A stretch of DNA of 38,389 nt from Deltaproteobacteria bacterium CG_4_8_14_3_um_filter_43_13 (GTDB taxonomy: Bacteria; Desulfobacterota; UBA8473). Below the pieces are notes generated by a model. The model did not search any database. It was not told where the DNA came from and saw only the letters and a program-made list of their open reading frames with translations. This document shows positions 6,453 to 16,158 of the stretch, one piece after another (within the stretch, counting starts at the first letter, position 1; each line of letters begins with the position of its first letter). A program made the translations under genes and the position numbers. The stretch spans positions 1 to 38,389 of the forward strand of contig PFIF01000184.1 of the NCBI GenBank assembly GCA_002782605.1, given 5' to 3'.

Positions 6453-7883
6453 TTAAGTTTTGAATCTAAAATCCATTTTCCCCATTTGGGAAACCTTTCC
6501 TTCCCATTTGGGAAAATCTCCTTTTATCTCTAATTTCTTAATCCTGTACCAAAGGGTTTTATAGCTTAAGCCCAAAAGCCTGGCTGCCTTAGTAATGACG
6601 AAATCAGATTTTTCCATAGCCTTAACGATCAAATCCCTCTCCAGATCATCCAGAGATATCCCCTCTTCTGGGATGTCCAGTTCAACCTTTCCCATAGTGT
6701 AAGAACAGGGATGTGTCGTTATTGAAAAATCTTTAACCTCTAAAATCTCCCTCTCGGATAGGAGCACTGCCCTTTCTACGGCAGATTCCAGTTCTCTTAC
6801 ATTGCCTGGCCAATGGTACTCCATCAATAAACGAAGGGCATCCTTAGAAATTCCTTTAATTTCTCTCCTGAGGGAATGATTGAATCTATCAATAAAATAC
6901 TCCACTAATGCCGGTATATCGGTAATCCTATCCCTTAAGGGAGGAAGTAATACGGAGACCACATCTAACCTGTAATAGAGATCGGCTCTAAACCTCCCTT
7001 CTTTTATCTCCTTTTCCAGGTCCTTATTAGTAGCCGTTATTATCCGTACATCTACCTTGATGCTTTCTCTACCTCCCAGTCTTCTTATCTCCTTTTCCTG
7101 AAGTGCCCTCAGTATCTTCGCCTGCATGCCGGGACTGAGGTCCCCAATTTCATCCAGGAAAAGAGTGCCTTTGTGTGATGCCTCAAAAAGACCTTCTTTT
7201 CTCCTGTAGGCACCGGTATAACTGCCCTTTTCATAGCCAAAGAGTTCCGAGTCTAAAAGGGTTTCCGGAATAGACGCACAGTTTATCGCCTGGAAAGGCA
7301 TTTCCTTTCTGGGACTGTTATAATGGATTGCCTTTGCTATCAGCTCCTTTCCTGTACCACTCTCCCCGGTAATCAAGACCGTGGAATCGCTGGGTGCTAC
7401 CTTCTGGATTAACCTGAAGACCTCTTGCATCTTCTCATGCCTTCCAATGATATTCTCGAAGCTGAACCTCTCTTCTAATTGCTGTTTAAATAAGAGGTTC
7501 TCCCTTACCAGCCTCACCTTTTCAAAACCCTTTTTGATACTGAATAGCAATTCATCCCGGCCTACCGGCTTAAAGAGATAGTCAAAAGCCCCCAGTTTCA
7601 TTGCCTTTTCAGCAGAACTCAATGACCCGAAGGCAGTAATGATAATCACCGTTAAGTGGGGGGACTCCTTCAGGAGATTTTCCATTAGATCTACCCCATC
7701 CATATCAGAGAGCTTCAGATCAGTTAAAACCAGCGAACAAAGACTTCCCCTGAATATTCTCAATGCATCTCTACCTGTAGCAGCAGTCTCTACCTCGTAT
7801 CCTTCTTCTTTCAAGATGAGTTTAAGGATTTCCAGTTGAGATCTATCATCTTCTATTACAAGGATCGCACCTTTCTTCATCAC
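6453..7883 (-). CDS. Sigma-54-dependent response regulator (NtrC/ZraR/AtoC family bEBP)
   Basis: It has a receiver domain (ILVIEDD..., LTDLKLSDMDG). The AAA+ domain carries Walker A GESGTGKE, a GAFTGA-loop variant GSYTGA, and ...FLDEIGDL... A Fis-type HTH is present (ITKAARLLGLSYKTLWYRIKK). There is a 4-nt ATGA overlap with the kinase gene. Confidence 0.9.
   Translation of the reverse strand: MMKKGAILVIEDDRSQLEILKLILKEEGYEVETAATGRDALRIFRGSLCSLVLTDLKLSDMDGVDLMENLLKESPHLTVIIITAFGSLSSAEKAMKLGAFDYLFKPVGRDELLFSIKKGFEKVRLVRENLLFKQQLEERFSFENIIGRHEKMQEVFRLIQKVAPSDSTVLITGESGTGKELIAKAIHYNSPRKEMPFQAINCASIPETLLDSELFGYEKGSYTGAYRRKEGLFEASHKGTLFLDEIGDLSPGMQAKILRALQEKEIRRLGGRESIKVDVRIITATNKDLEKEIKEGRFRADLYYRLDVVSVLLPPLRDRITDIPALVEYFIDRFNHSLRREIKGISKDALRLLMEYHWPGNVRELESAVERAVLLSEREILEVKDFSITTHPCSYTMGKVELDIPEEGISLDDLERDLIVKAMEKSDFVITKAARLLGLSYKTLWYRIKKLEIKGDFPKWEGKVSQMGKMDFRFKT
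6477..6514. promoter_or_regulatory. Tandem dyads (CCCATTTGGGAAA x2, 22-bp period), candidate enhancer (UAS) for the sigma-54 promoter
   Basis: CCCATTTGGGAAA occurs at 6481-6493 and 6503-6515. The second copy is the dyad TTCCCA-tt-TGGGAA (6501-6514). The dyad centres lie about 63 and 85 nt upstream of the -24 GG. Both lie within the last 20 codons of the regulator gene. Confidence 0.4.
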
Positions 7884-9286
7884 TGCCTCCTTAGTTTGAC
7901 CTTTACTTTAGTCCCCTGATTAGGATGGCTTTTAATGCTAATTTCTCCTTTGTGTTCCTCAATGATCCGTTTGGTAATAGCCAGCCCCAATCCTATCCCT
8001 AGCTCTTTTGTGGTAAAATACGGCTCAAACACCTTCTCCAGGTCTTCGGGTCTTATTCCTTCTCCGGTATCCTCAAATTCCACTTCTATAAAAAGGTCGG
8101 AGTGAGACACCCTGATTGTTAGCTCTCCGCCTAAAGGCATTGACTGAATGGCATTCACGATTATATTCATAAGGCAGGTCTCCATCTTATCTCTGTCCAC
8201 CATGCAAGGAGATTTGAGCGGAAAGGAGTTTTTTACCATTATTCCCTGGGCATTGATCCTTTCTCTGGTAAGGGCTAGAACCTCTTCCAGTAAAAATACC
8301 AGATCGGTTTCCCTCAAATTCAGTTTAAGAGGTCTGCCATAATCCAGAAGATCCTCTATCATCCTGCTTATACGGGAGATCTCACCTTTCATATTGGAAA
8401 CCAGGGGATGAAACTCATCATCTGGAGAGAGTTTATCTTTTATATGGTCTATGCTTAAGCTGATAAAATTCAGAGGATTTCTTACTTCATGGGCAATCCC
8501 GGAGGCAAGTTGCCCAATAGCAGAAAACCTCTCGGCTTCCTTGAGCCTTTCTTCAAGTTCCCTTCTTTCCCGTAGCTGTTTCACCATCTTATTGAAGTTT
8601 TCTACCAAAAGACCGACTTCATCTCTCTGTCTTGTGGGGGGCAGCTCTTCAAGATTACCTTCAGTTATCCTTTGAGCAGCCTTAGCTACCTCTTGAATAG
8701 GTCTGGTATATCTCCAGAACAGGAGAAAGGACAATACTATCCCAATGCCAAAGATCAGGGCAGTCACCAATAACCTTTGATAATACTTCTTCCTCATGAG
8801 TTTATTGAAGTCTTCTAAATCCGTATTGATACGGATATAACCCCGGTGTTCTTCTCCTATGATTACCGGAATGATAACACCCCACTTTTTCTCACTACCG
8901 AAATTTTTATCGAGGCTTGCCTCCGTTATCACACTATCAGACAAGGGACTGACCTTTGTGCCCAGTTTTTTGGGATCAGAGCTGGCGATCACCTCATCCG
9001 CGTTGCTGATAATAGAGACCTCCTTAATCCCCTTTCCCCGGAGTTTCTTTATGTAGCTGCGAAGACGCACCTCAGAATCGTCTCCCTCCAGGGTTAGTTT
9101 TTCTACACTCATCCTGATGGCCTCAGAAATTCCTTCGGTATGGCTGCCTAACTTCAGCACCATATCTTTCTTCCCCTGGACATAAAGAACCGACAATGCC
9201 AAAATTGTAAGTAGGGATAAAAAGACAAAGATAAAAAGGAGCTTTGTCCTTAGATTCATATTAAAGCTACCAAGAATTGTCCTCAT
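7880..9286 (-). CDS. Sensor histidine kinase (two TM segments, periplasmic domain, HAMP, HisKA, HATPase)
   Basis: The H-box is SGIAHEVRNPLN. The N and G boxes are NIIVNAIQSM, EDTGEGI and GIGLGLAI. A HAMP-like segment follows the second TM segment. An AAGGAG ribosome-binding site precedes the start. Confidence 0.9.
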   Translation of the reverse strand: MRTILGSFNMNLRTKLLFIFVFLSLLTILALSVLYVQGKKDMVLKLGSHTEGISEAIRMSVEKLTLEGDDSEVRLRSYIKKLRGKGIKEVSIISNADEVIASSDPKKLGTKVSPLSDSVITEASLDKNFGSEKKWGVIIPVIIGEEHRGYIRINTDLEDFNKLMRKKYYQRLLVTALIFGIGIVLSFLLFWRYTRPIQEVAKAAQRITEGNLEELPPTRQRDEVGLLVENFNKMVKQLRERRELEERLKEAERFSAIGQLASGIAHEVRNPLNFISLSIDHIKDKLSPDDEFHPLVSNMKGEISRISRMIEDLLDYGRPLKLNLRETDLVFLLEEVLALTRERINAQGIMVKNSFPLKSPCMVDRDKMETCLMNIIVNAIQSMPLGGELTIRVSHSDLFIEVEFEDTGEGIRPEDLEKVFEPYFTTKELGIGLGLAITKRIIEEHKGEISIKSHPNQGTKVKVKLRRQ

Positions 9287-9310
9287 TAGATTCTCCTTAT
9301 TACTAACGAG

Positions 9311-9435
9311 CCAATTGCAAAAGTCTAAAGTCTTAGCACACTGTCATTCTGAGCGAAGCGAAGAATCTTGTAAAACCAATATGTTATAAGACCCTTCACT
9401 TCGTTCAGGGTAACAAAATAGGGACTTTTGCAATT
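9311..9435. mobile_element. 125-bp MITE-like element with perfect 14-bp terminal inverted repeats
   Basis: The terminal repeats are CAATTGCAAAAGTC (9311-9324) and GACTTTTGCAATTG (9422-9435). An internal imperfect inverted repeat is CTGAGCGAAGCGAAG (9348-9362) / CTTCACTTCGTTCAG (9393-9407), matching at 13 of 15 positions. There is no coding capacity. Confidence 0.55.
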
Positions 9436-9480
9436 GCATCTAACACATGATTTTGTGCTTGGGCATGGTCTCTCTGTTGC

Positions 9481-12400
9481 CTAATAATCCCATTTCCAGT
9501 TTAGTCCTATTCCTCCCTGGGCATCCTTACCCACCTCACTGTCTAATATTATGTTCGGGGTGATTTCAAATTCCGCGGAAACCTTGTCTTTTGAAGAACC
9601 CACACCTTTTTCTGCTTTAATGTAAATGTCCTCCCCCAGGTTTTTTCCAATAATAACCGAGGTATCACCAGCAGATTCCTCTGATTGTACAACAGCCAGT
9701 TGATCTACACCCAGAAGCTTCCGGGTGTATTCCATAAAGTCAAGGGCATTGACACCACCACCCGTCAGGGCTTTTATTGCACGTGCAAGCTGAAAAGCCT
9801 GAAGGGGGGTAATACGAGTTGTGCTGCGACGAAAAAGAAGGTGTGAAAGCACCTCGTCGGATGGCAATGGTGGATCCGATTCAAGAGTCACCCGTGGTGA
9901 CGACAGGTCTCCTGAGATGTGCACACGTGTAGTCATATCGGTACGTCTGTTCTCGGCTGTCACATCTAAGCTCATGGAGGATGGAACTGTGCCATTGAAA
10001 GCGAGTTCTCCTTTGATCAGGGCGAACCGTTTGCCAAACAAATTGACGTTTCCGCGGATGACAGACATATCACCTCTAATAGCTGGGTTTTGGAGGCTTC
10101 CTTTAACGTGAAGTGTCCCTTTCCATTCTGAATCCAGCCCTCTGCCCCGCACAAATACACGTCCCGGAAGTTCAACCTCCAAATTTAGGCTTAGCCTTTG
10201 AGCCGTACTAACTGGGGCAAGTTTTTGCCGATGCATCTCATTATTGGGCAGATTGATTTCCACAACCTCCAGTTCTGTGATTTTAGGGGTAAAACGATCG
10301 GGAATTCGTATCTCTGATGTCCCGACAACCAACCTGCCTCTGGACACAACATCATTAAGGGAGCCAGAGAGTGTGATGTGTCCTCCCATTGATGCAGTCA
10401 GGTTATCTTGGCGAAGCAAGGTTGCCTTGTCAAGATTGACATCCAATTGAAAAGGGGACTCCTTAGTGAATAGAAGATCAAGCCAGCCCTCTGCAGAAAT
10501 GATACCATCCTCACCGTCTGTGGCGCGAGCTTCCTCCAAAACCATCTTACGCCCATTTGCTTTCATAAGAACATGGATGTCTTTGAGGATTGTTCCGCTG
10601 CGTACGTTTTCATAGGCGGCTTTTTCAATTCGAGCAAAGCCAGTGATTTCAGGCGCATCTGTGGTGCCTGCTAAACCAAGGTCAACGGTAACGTAGCCTT
10701 CAATGCTTTGATCTTCCATCTGGAGTAACATTTGGATTAGGGCAAGGTTGATTTTAGCGGCGAGTTGACCTTTGACCCTGGCATCAGGTAATAGCGAGAA
10801 GGCGAAAGGTGAAAGTGAAAAAATTACGGGAATCTTAAAACTGGCTTTCATCGTTTTTTCGGCAATGCCATCAAGGGAGACATCAATCTGTAAACTATCG
10901 CTTTTAACTTCTGCTTTGGCTGCTACTGTCGCAGGAAGAATATGCTGGAACTCCATCTTCCGCCATTGAACTCCCCTGAGGTTAAGTTCAACCTGCCCTT
11001 CAGGGTCAGCAGGCGTACCCATTATTTTAAGCCTGCCGTCTGCCAATCCGATAAAACCGGGGTATCCAACCAGACTGATTGCATCCAGGGGCAAAGCTTC
11101 AAAATCAGCGGCAATAGCCAGTTTACCAGTCAACAAGCTCCCCGATGCCTCCAGATGTCCGTAGCCTAACTTTAGCGCAAGCTCTTTAATTGTGTAACCA
11201 CTGGCTGAACGTAGAATAGTCGCTGGACGGGTAAGCGCCACAGGGTACTCTCCATAACGTCCCTGTAAGAGGTCAAATCTGTTCTGCTGTCCTTTTTGTA
11301 AAAGATCCAATTTCCCCTGTCCCTCAACCTGGAAAGCTTCTCCACTTCGCCCATTTGCATGAGCCTTAAAGGTTACCCTTTGCCCATCACTTACAGCATC
11401 TGCTTCCATGGTTTCAAGTATAAAACCATCCCTTTGAAAAGCCTTGATCTTTACCTCCGCAGTGCCTTTGGGAACATTCAGGATATCCATTAAAGAGGCG
11501 TTAAGCCCTACTTCCCCGGACTGTCCGAAACGGGTCTTAAGTTCCCTGCCATTGAAATGCACAACGACATTCTGTCCTACCTTGTCCAGTGCAAACCGTG
11601 CTTTAAACATTGCTTTACCGCTGACATCTTCTCCTAACAAATGGGACAATAAAGAGATATCCTCAGATCTCCCTTGCAACGAGCCTTCCGCCATCATCCT
11701 ACGGAGATCGAGGCTGAGATTTCCCGCCACCTTTGTCCCTGGGGTTGACAGCGAAATGTCAGAGAGCTTCAACCGATCGCCCTGTAACGCAAAATCGCTC
11801 ATAACATCCAGCGTATGATCCTTCAGTCGGATTGCCATCTGTAAATGGCCCACCGGCTTCAAAGGAGGGCCTTCAGCACTAAGGATGGCCTCTATGTGCT
11901 GAAACCCCACGTTTTCAACGATGATGTTGCGCCCAGTCGTTTTGACTGCAAACCTCAGTTCCGAAGGAGACCCTCTCACGTCTCCCTCTATTTCTAGCGA
12001 ACCCCGGAGTGGATACCCGAGAGACTCTGATAGCTCTGCAAGTTGCGGCATGGCCAATTGCCATCTGCCCCGAATCCCCCTGGTGTTAAAATTGAATGAC
12101 CCATCAGCTCTTAGCTCTGCGGTCTGGGTAGCAAGACGCAGGTTTGAGATTGTCAGTTCTTTACCTTTGGATAATTCGAGTGTCCCATCGTAATCGATCT
12201 CGGAGGCAATTGAGGAAATACGTGGAAATGAATCCAGTTGGAAACCAGTCATTCTCCCCTTGATATCAGCAGAAAGAAGGCGAGCCTTCCAGTCTCCCTC
12301 CAATCTTGCACGCAATCGAGTAGCTCCTTTAAGGCTATTAGCCTGGTGCCCAGCAATCACTCGAATGTCCCCCGTCTCAATGTCTACATTGGCCAGAGCC

Positions 12401-13845
12401 AGCGATTTCGTAAGATTAATATGTCCTGAGAGTGCCAGGGCAATATTTTCTCCTTTAAGCTTAAGATTCCTGATAGAGATAGCCTTCTTAACAGGAACAT
12501 CCATCTCTACCATCCAATCGAAATTAGTCAACGGCAGAGGCTGTAAACCCGGGTAAATGAACCCTGATGCCCTCCCTTTTCCTTTCACGCATACCCCGGG
12601 AAAAGGCAAAGAAAGAGGTCCCAGAAGCTCCATATGGAGATCACCCCCAAGATGGCCTATCTGAACCTCCGATACCTTCCCTTCATCCAGCGACACGGAG
12701 AAGGCTGCATGGGGGTTCCGCAATGACCCAAAGAGGCTGCCCTGGACAGCCAGCCTTCCAGCTAATCTTGTGCCGGTCACTGCCCCCATGGAGGTAATAT
12801 CCCTGATTTTAAACCCGAAACCACCATTTATGTTGTGATCTTCCATTCCGAGACTTCCCGTTAGCCAAAAATCGGCGTGCCCTGTCTTCAAGGCCAGGTT
12901 GTCAATGATAAACGTTTTTTTGTTTACAAAGCGCAGGGACAGAGAGAAAAGGTTTTTATCACTCAGTAATGGCTCAATTACCGGTGGCAGAAGGGATGAA
13001 TTGACTCTAAGATTGCCATTGGCCACGAGCGTATAATCCTTTTCTGCTCTTAAACGGATTTCGGCATCAAGGGCACCAATGGAACCGGCATTTCCAGTCA
13101 ATCGCCCCTTCCATGCCTTGATATGTCCACTACCGTCAAGAGTAATAGCAATAGGACCATCTGACCCCAGAGCAGCAGCCACCAGACCACCTTCCTCTTC
13201 TTCAACCATGCCACGAAGTTCCAGCACAGGTGGTTTACCTCTGATTACCACTGTTACTTGAGCCATAGCTTTTGGGCCGTCCGTCCTATATGCACGAAAA
13301 GATGCGTCTATCCCGGTCATGGAGTCAGAACCGGCCATCTGACCGTCTATGGTGAAAACCGCCCTTTCCCCAACAATCGCTTTGCCCAAATTCAGCCGTT
13401 CCACTGATAAATGCTCCAGGATCAATGAGCGAAAGGCCTTGGGCCACCTTGGCAATTTTATCTCTTTGCCTTCCCGGAACTTAGGCGGCAGACGCTCCAA
13501 TTGTATGGCAGCGGCACTGAATTCGAAAATCCGCAGGTGCCCTCGAAGCAAAGCGGCAGAAGACCATCGCAAGGTGATATCCTTCACAACCAGCCACTCT
13601 CCATCGAGATCGCTGATGGCAAGACGGTCAAGCCGAATATTGAAAGGGATCAGACCATCGATCTTACCGAGCTTCACCTGAGCATCAGGGCCTCTGCTCA
13701 AACCTGAAGCGAGCCACACTGCCAGTTGTCTCTTGCACATATCCGTCTGTGCAAGTCCGAAAATAATGGCGATAAGAACGATTAAGGCAGAGATTACCCC
13801 TGCTATCCATTTCCCTATTTTGATAACACGTTCTTTTAATTTCAT
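9481..13845 (-). CDS. tamB: Translocation and assembly module subunit TamB (AsmA-like, DUF490 C-terminus)
   Basis: 1454 aa. It has a single N-terminal TM anchor (WIAGVISALIVLIAIIFGLA), a long beta-rich repetitive body, and a C-terminal ...GIGLNWKWDY end. It starts 4 nt after the Omp85-family gene. Confidence 0.85.
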   Translation of the reverse strand: MKLKERVIKIGKWIAGVISALIVLIAIIFGLAQTDMCKRQLAVWLASGLSRGPDAQVKLGKIDGLIPFNIRLDRLAISDLDGEWLVVKDITLRWSSAALLRGHLRIFEFSAAAIQLERLPPKFREGKEIKLPRWPKAFRSLILEHLSVERLNLGKAIVGERAVFTIDGQMAGSDSMTGIDASFRAYRTDGPKAMAQVTVVIRGKPPVLELRGMVEEEEGGLVAAALGSDGPIAITLDGSGHIKAWKGRLTGNAGSIGALDAEIRLRAEKDYTLVANGNLRVNSSLLPPVIEPLLSDKNLFSLSLRFVNKKTFIIDNLALKTGHADFWLTGSLGMEDHNINGGFGFKIRDITSMGAVTGTRLAGRLAVQGSLFGSLRNPHAAFSVSLDEGKVSEVQIGHLGGDLHMELLGPLSLPFPGVCVKGKGRASGFIYPGLQPLPLTNFDWMVEMDVPVKKAISIRNLKLKGENIALALSGHINLTKSLALANVDIETGDIRVIAGHQANSLKGATRLRARLEGDWKARLLSADIKGRMTGFQLDSFPRISSIASEIDYDGTLELSKGKELTISNLRLATQTAELRADGSFNFNTRGIRGRWQLAMPQLAELSESLGYPLRGSLEIEGDVRGSPSELRFAVKTTGRNIIVENVGFQHIEAILSAEGPPLKPVGHLQMAIRLKDHTLDVMSDFALQGDRLKLSDISLSTPGTKVAGNLSLDLRRMMAEGSLQGRSEDISLLSHLLGEDVSGKAMFKARFALDKVGQNVVVHFNGRELKTRFGQSGEVGLNASLMDILNVPKGTAEVKIKAFQRDGFILETMEADAVSDGQRVTFKAHANGRSGEAFQVEGQGKLDLLQKGQQNRFDLLQGRYGEYPVALTRPATILRSASGYTIKELALKLGYGHLEASGSLLTGKLAIAADFEALPLDAISLVGYPGFIGLADGRLKIMGTPADPEGQVELNLRGVQWRKMEFQHILPATVAAKAEVKSDSLQIDVSLDGIAEKTMKASFKIPVIFSLSPFAFSLLPDARVKGQLAAKINLALIQMLLQMEDQSIEGYVTVDLGLAGTTDAPEITGFARIEKAAYENVRSGTILKDIHVLMKANGRKMVLEEARATDGEDGIISAEGWLDLLFTKESPFQLDVNLDKATLLRQDNLTASMGGHITLSGSLNDVVSRGRLVVGTSEIRIPDRFTPKITELEVVEINLPNNEMHRQKLAPVSTAQRLSLNLEVELPGRVFVRGRGLDSEWKGTLHVKGSLQNPAIRGDMSVIRGNVNLFGKRFALIKGELAFNGTVPSSMSLDVTAENRRTDMTTRVHISGDLSSPRVTLESDPPLPSDEVLSHLLFRRSTTRITPLQAFQLARAIKALTGGGVNALDFMEYTRKLLGVDQLAVVQSEESAGDTSVIIGKNLGEDIYIKAEKGVGSSKDKVSAEFEITPNIILDSEVGKDAQGGIGLNWKWDY

Positions 13846-13849
13846 GACG

Positions 13850-15700
13850 TTAGAATGCCTGTCCCAAACTGATATAGATATGGAAGCGATCGTCTATCGT
13901 ATCTCTCCGGTTAAGGGGTACGGCTACATCAAGGCGGAGAGGGCCAACAGGTGTGAAATACCGTATTCCTGCCCCTGCACCCCAACGAAGGGGTTCCGAC
14001 AGATCGGGAGTTGCCGAAGGTGAGGCGTTTCCTCCATCCAGGAAAGCAACAAAGCCTATAGTGTCTGTAACCTTTGTACGCAATTCCAGAGAAACTTCCA
14101 TGAGCGATCTTCCCCCGGTCGGTTTGTTTTCCTCAAGAGGGCCCACCGACTGATAAGCATAGCCACGGATAGAGTTTCCACCTCCTGCATAGAAGCGTTC
14201 ATCCGCCGGAATTGCATTGCGAGACGCCCCTGCCATGGATCCAAAGGCAGATCTGCCGGCCAACACTACGAGGGGTTTCTCTGTGAGTTTAACATATTGA
14301 CTGTAGGTTGCATATCCCTTTACAAACCCCAGATGGTCTCCAAATGTCCCATAAAATGGCATAAACTGCAAAGTAAGCCGCCTTCCACGAACCGGATCGA
14401 GAAGGTTTTCGCTTGTATCCCAAGCAAAGAGTGCCGGAAGAGATAAAAGCCCAAATCTCTCTTCCTCCCCCAACTGCTCTACCAAAGATGCTTTGTAGGC
14501 CAAACCGCCCCCCAGCCTTATTTCCTTGGCAAACAGACGTTCAATATATACAGAGGTGCTGAGATTACGGCTGGTAAAGGCATCAGGATGGTCATCGGCA
14601 ATACGGCCTTTAAAGAGAAGGGATTGATCCTTTCTAATAAAGTCAGGCTTGCGGAATTCACCTTCTGCGGCATAGGTGATAGCCGAAGCTGTTCCCATGA
14701 GATCCAGACGTTCCCCACCCCCTAAGAAATTTCTGTGCTGCCAGGAAACTTTTGTACCTGCCCCCTCGTCTGTACTGTAGCTGACGCCAGCCTTAATGGT
14801 GCGGTGCTTTCGCTCAACAACTGAGATAACCACGGGCAGGCGACCTGCTTCGTTTATGGTTTCACTGGTTTTTACTTCTACAGATGCAAAAAGGTCTGTT
14901 GCCAGGAGACTCTTTTGAGCATCCGTCAGAATATCAACATTAAAGCGGTCACCCTCTTTCCATGGAATCTTCCCGCGTAGAAATATCTCATCTACCGATT
15001 TGATCCCATTGATCTCTGTATGCCCAAAGCGGGCCGGTGGACCTGGATTAACATGGAAAGCAACTGAAACGATCCGCTCCTTATGATCTACCACCACCTT
15101 CCTATCCACCATACTTGGGAAGGAAAACCCATTCTTTTTGAACCAATGGATAAGCGTCCTTTCTGCATTGAGGATTGAGTTGCTTTTAGCCGGATCTCCC
15201 AACACCAGACCAAGTTCCCGATTCTCTGGCAGCCTAGGACGAAGGGCATCATACTCCTCTGGAACTCCAACATTGATGGATTTTAGGATATAGGGATGTC
15301 CCATATCGATCCGAAAGGTGACCCGTATGGGTTTGTCTTCCGCTTCGATTTCCGCTGTTACCTTTGCTCCATAATACCCCTGGGATTTGAGCACCTTCAA
15401 GAGCAGGGGAATATCTCGGTTCACCCGGCGCTGCAAAAGGTTCAAGGAAGCCGGGGGACGTTTTTGAAGAGAAAAAGTATCCGATACTGCCTCCAGAGTT
15501 TTACGCAGCTCACGGTCTGTGACACCTTGAACGCTGACGTCATATCGAATCCCAATATCGGCGCTCAGTGTATTTGGAAAGGAAAGGCTTATGACAAAGA
15601 GTATTTCCATTACCAATTGACATAATACCAGAGACCTCCACAGAGGTAAGACCAGCCGCTGTTTATGTCTTGGTTGCTTTTCAAAAGGTATTTTTAACAA
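13850..15700 (-). CDS. tamA: Omp85-family outer-membrane protein TamA (POTRA domains plus beta-barrel)
   Basis: POTRA-like repeats are followed by a surface-antigen barrel ending ...HIYISLGQAF (terminal aromatic residue). It is paired with tamB. The start is ambiguous: TTG at 15700, or ATG at 15610, which gives a signal-like MEILFVISLSFPNTLSA. Confidence 0.85.
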   Translation of the reverse strand: MLKIPFEKQPRHKQRLVLPLWRSLVLCQLVMEILFVISLSFPNTLSADIGIRYDVSVQGVTDRELRKTLEAVSDTFSLQKRPPASLNLLQRRVNRDIPLLLKVLKSQGYYGAKVTAEIEAEDKPIRVTFRIDMGHPYILKSINVGVPEEYDALRPRLPENRELGLVLGDPAKSNSILNAERTLIHWFKKNGFSFPSMVDRKVVVDHKERIVSVAFHVNPGPPARFGHTEINGIKSVDEIFLRGKIPWKEGDRFNVDILTDAQKSLLATDLFASVEVKTSETINEAGRLPVVISVVERKHRTIKAGVSYSTDEGAGTKVSWQHRNFLGGGERLDLMGTASAITYAAEGEFRKPDFIRKDQSLLFKGRIADDHPDAFTSRNLSTSVYIERLFAKEIRLGGGLAYKASLVEQLGEEERFGLLSLPALFAWDTSENLLDPVRGRRLTLQFMPFYGTFGDHLGFVKGYATYSQYVKLTEKPLVVLAGRSAFGSMAGASRNAIPADERFYAGGGNSIRGYAYQSVGPLEENKPTGGRSLMEVSLELRTKVTDTIGFVAFLDGGNASPSATPDLSEPLRWGAGAGIRYFTPVGPLRLDVAVPLNRRDTIDDRFHIYISLGQAF

Positions 15701-15762
15701 ATCCGCTCCATCTCAGTGTAATATGAAAAAAGACGAGTATTTCTTAAGGTTTTTTATTAAAT

Positions 15763-15978
15763 ATTAATGTAACTACTCAGGTCGCCACTAAGGCACAAAG
15801 ACACAAAGGTTATTTATAAATTTCAGCTCACTATCTGACAACTTTGATAATTAAAATTATCAGGAAGGTATTATATAGTTGTCCTTTTAAAGAGAACTTA
15901 CAACAGCGGGCTTAAGCCCGCTGTTGTAAGCAATTTTAGTGCCTTGGTGTCTTAGTGGCTGAATAGTTACATATTAAT
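15763..15978. repeat. About 216-bp long imperfect palindromic (MITE/REP-like) element with a perfect 15-bp-stem core hairpin
   Basis: The ends are ATTAATGTAACTACTCAG..CCACTAAGGCACAAAGACACAAAGG (from 15763) and the inverted GTGCCTTGGTGTCTTAGTGGCTGAATAGTTACATATTAAT (to 15978). The core is CTTACAACAGCGGGC-TTAA-GCCCGCTGTTGTAAG (15897-15930). Confidence 0.65.
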
Positions 15979-16080
15979 TATATCACGGTTAGAATACTTT
16001 TGTTTGCAAGATTTTCCAGACCTTGATTTTTTTATAATAAAAGGTATTCTATAGAAGAATTCTGTGATAAAATATTATTT

Positions 16081-16108
16081 TTGCTATCAAAAGAAAAAGC
16101 AATATAGT
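16081..16108 (+). promoter_or_regulatory. Candidate sigma-70 promoter for glgB (TTGCTA-N16-TATAGT)
   Basis: The -35 TTGCTA is at 16081-16086 and the -10 TATAGT at 16103-16108. If real, it argues against the TTG start at 16108 and for the ATG at 16159. Confidence 0.3.
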
Positions 16109-16158
16109 TGCTATACAAGCCGAAGAAAGAGAGGACTGGCGTATATAAGCCTGAAAAG

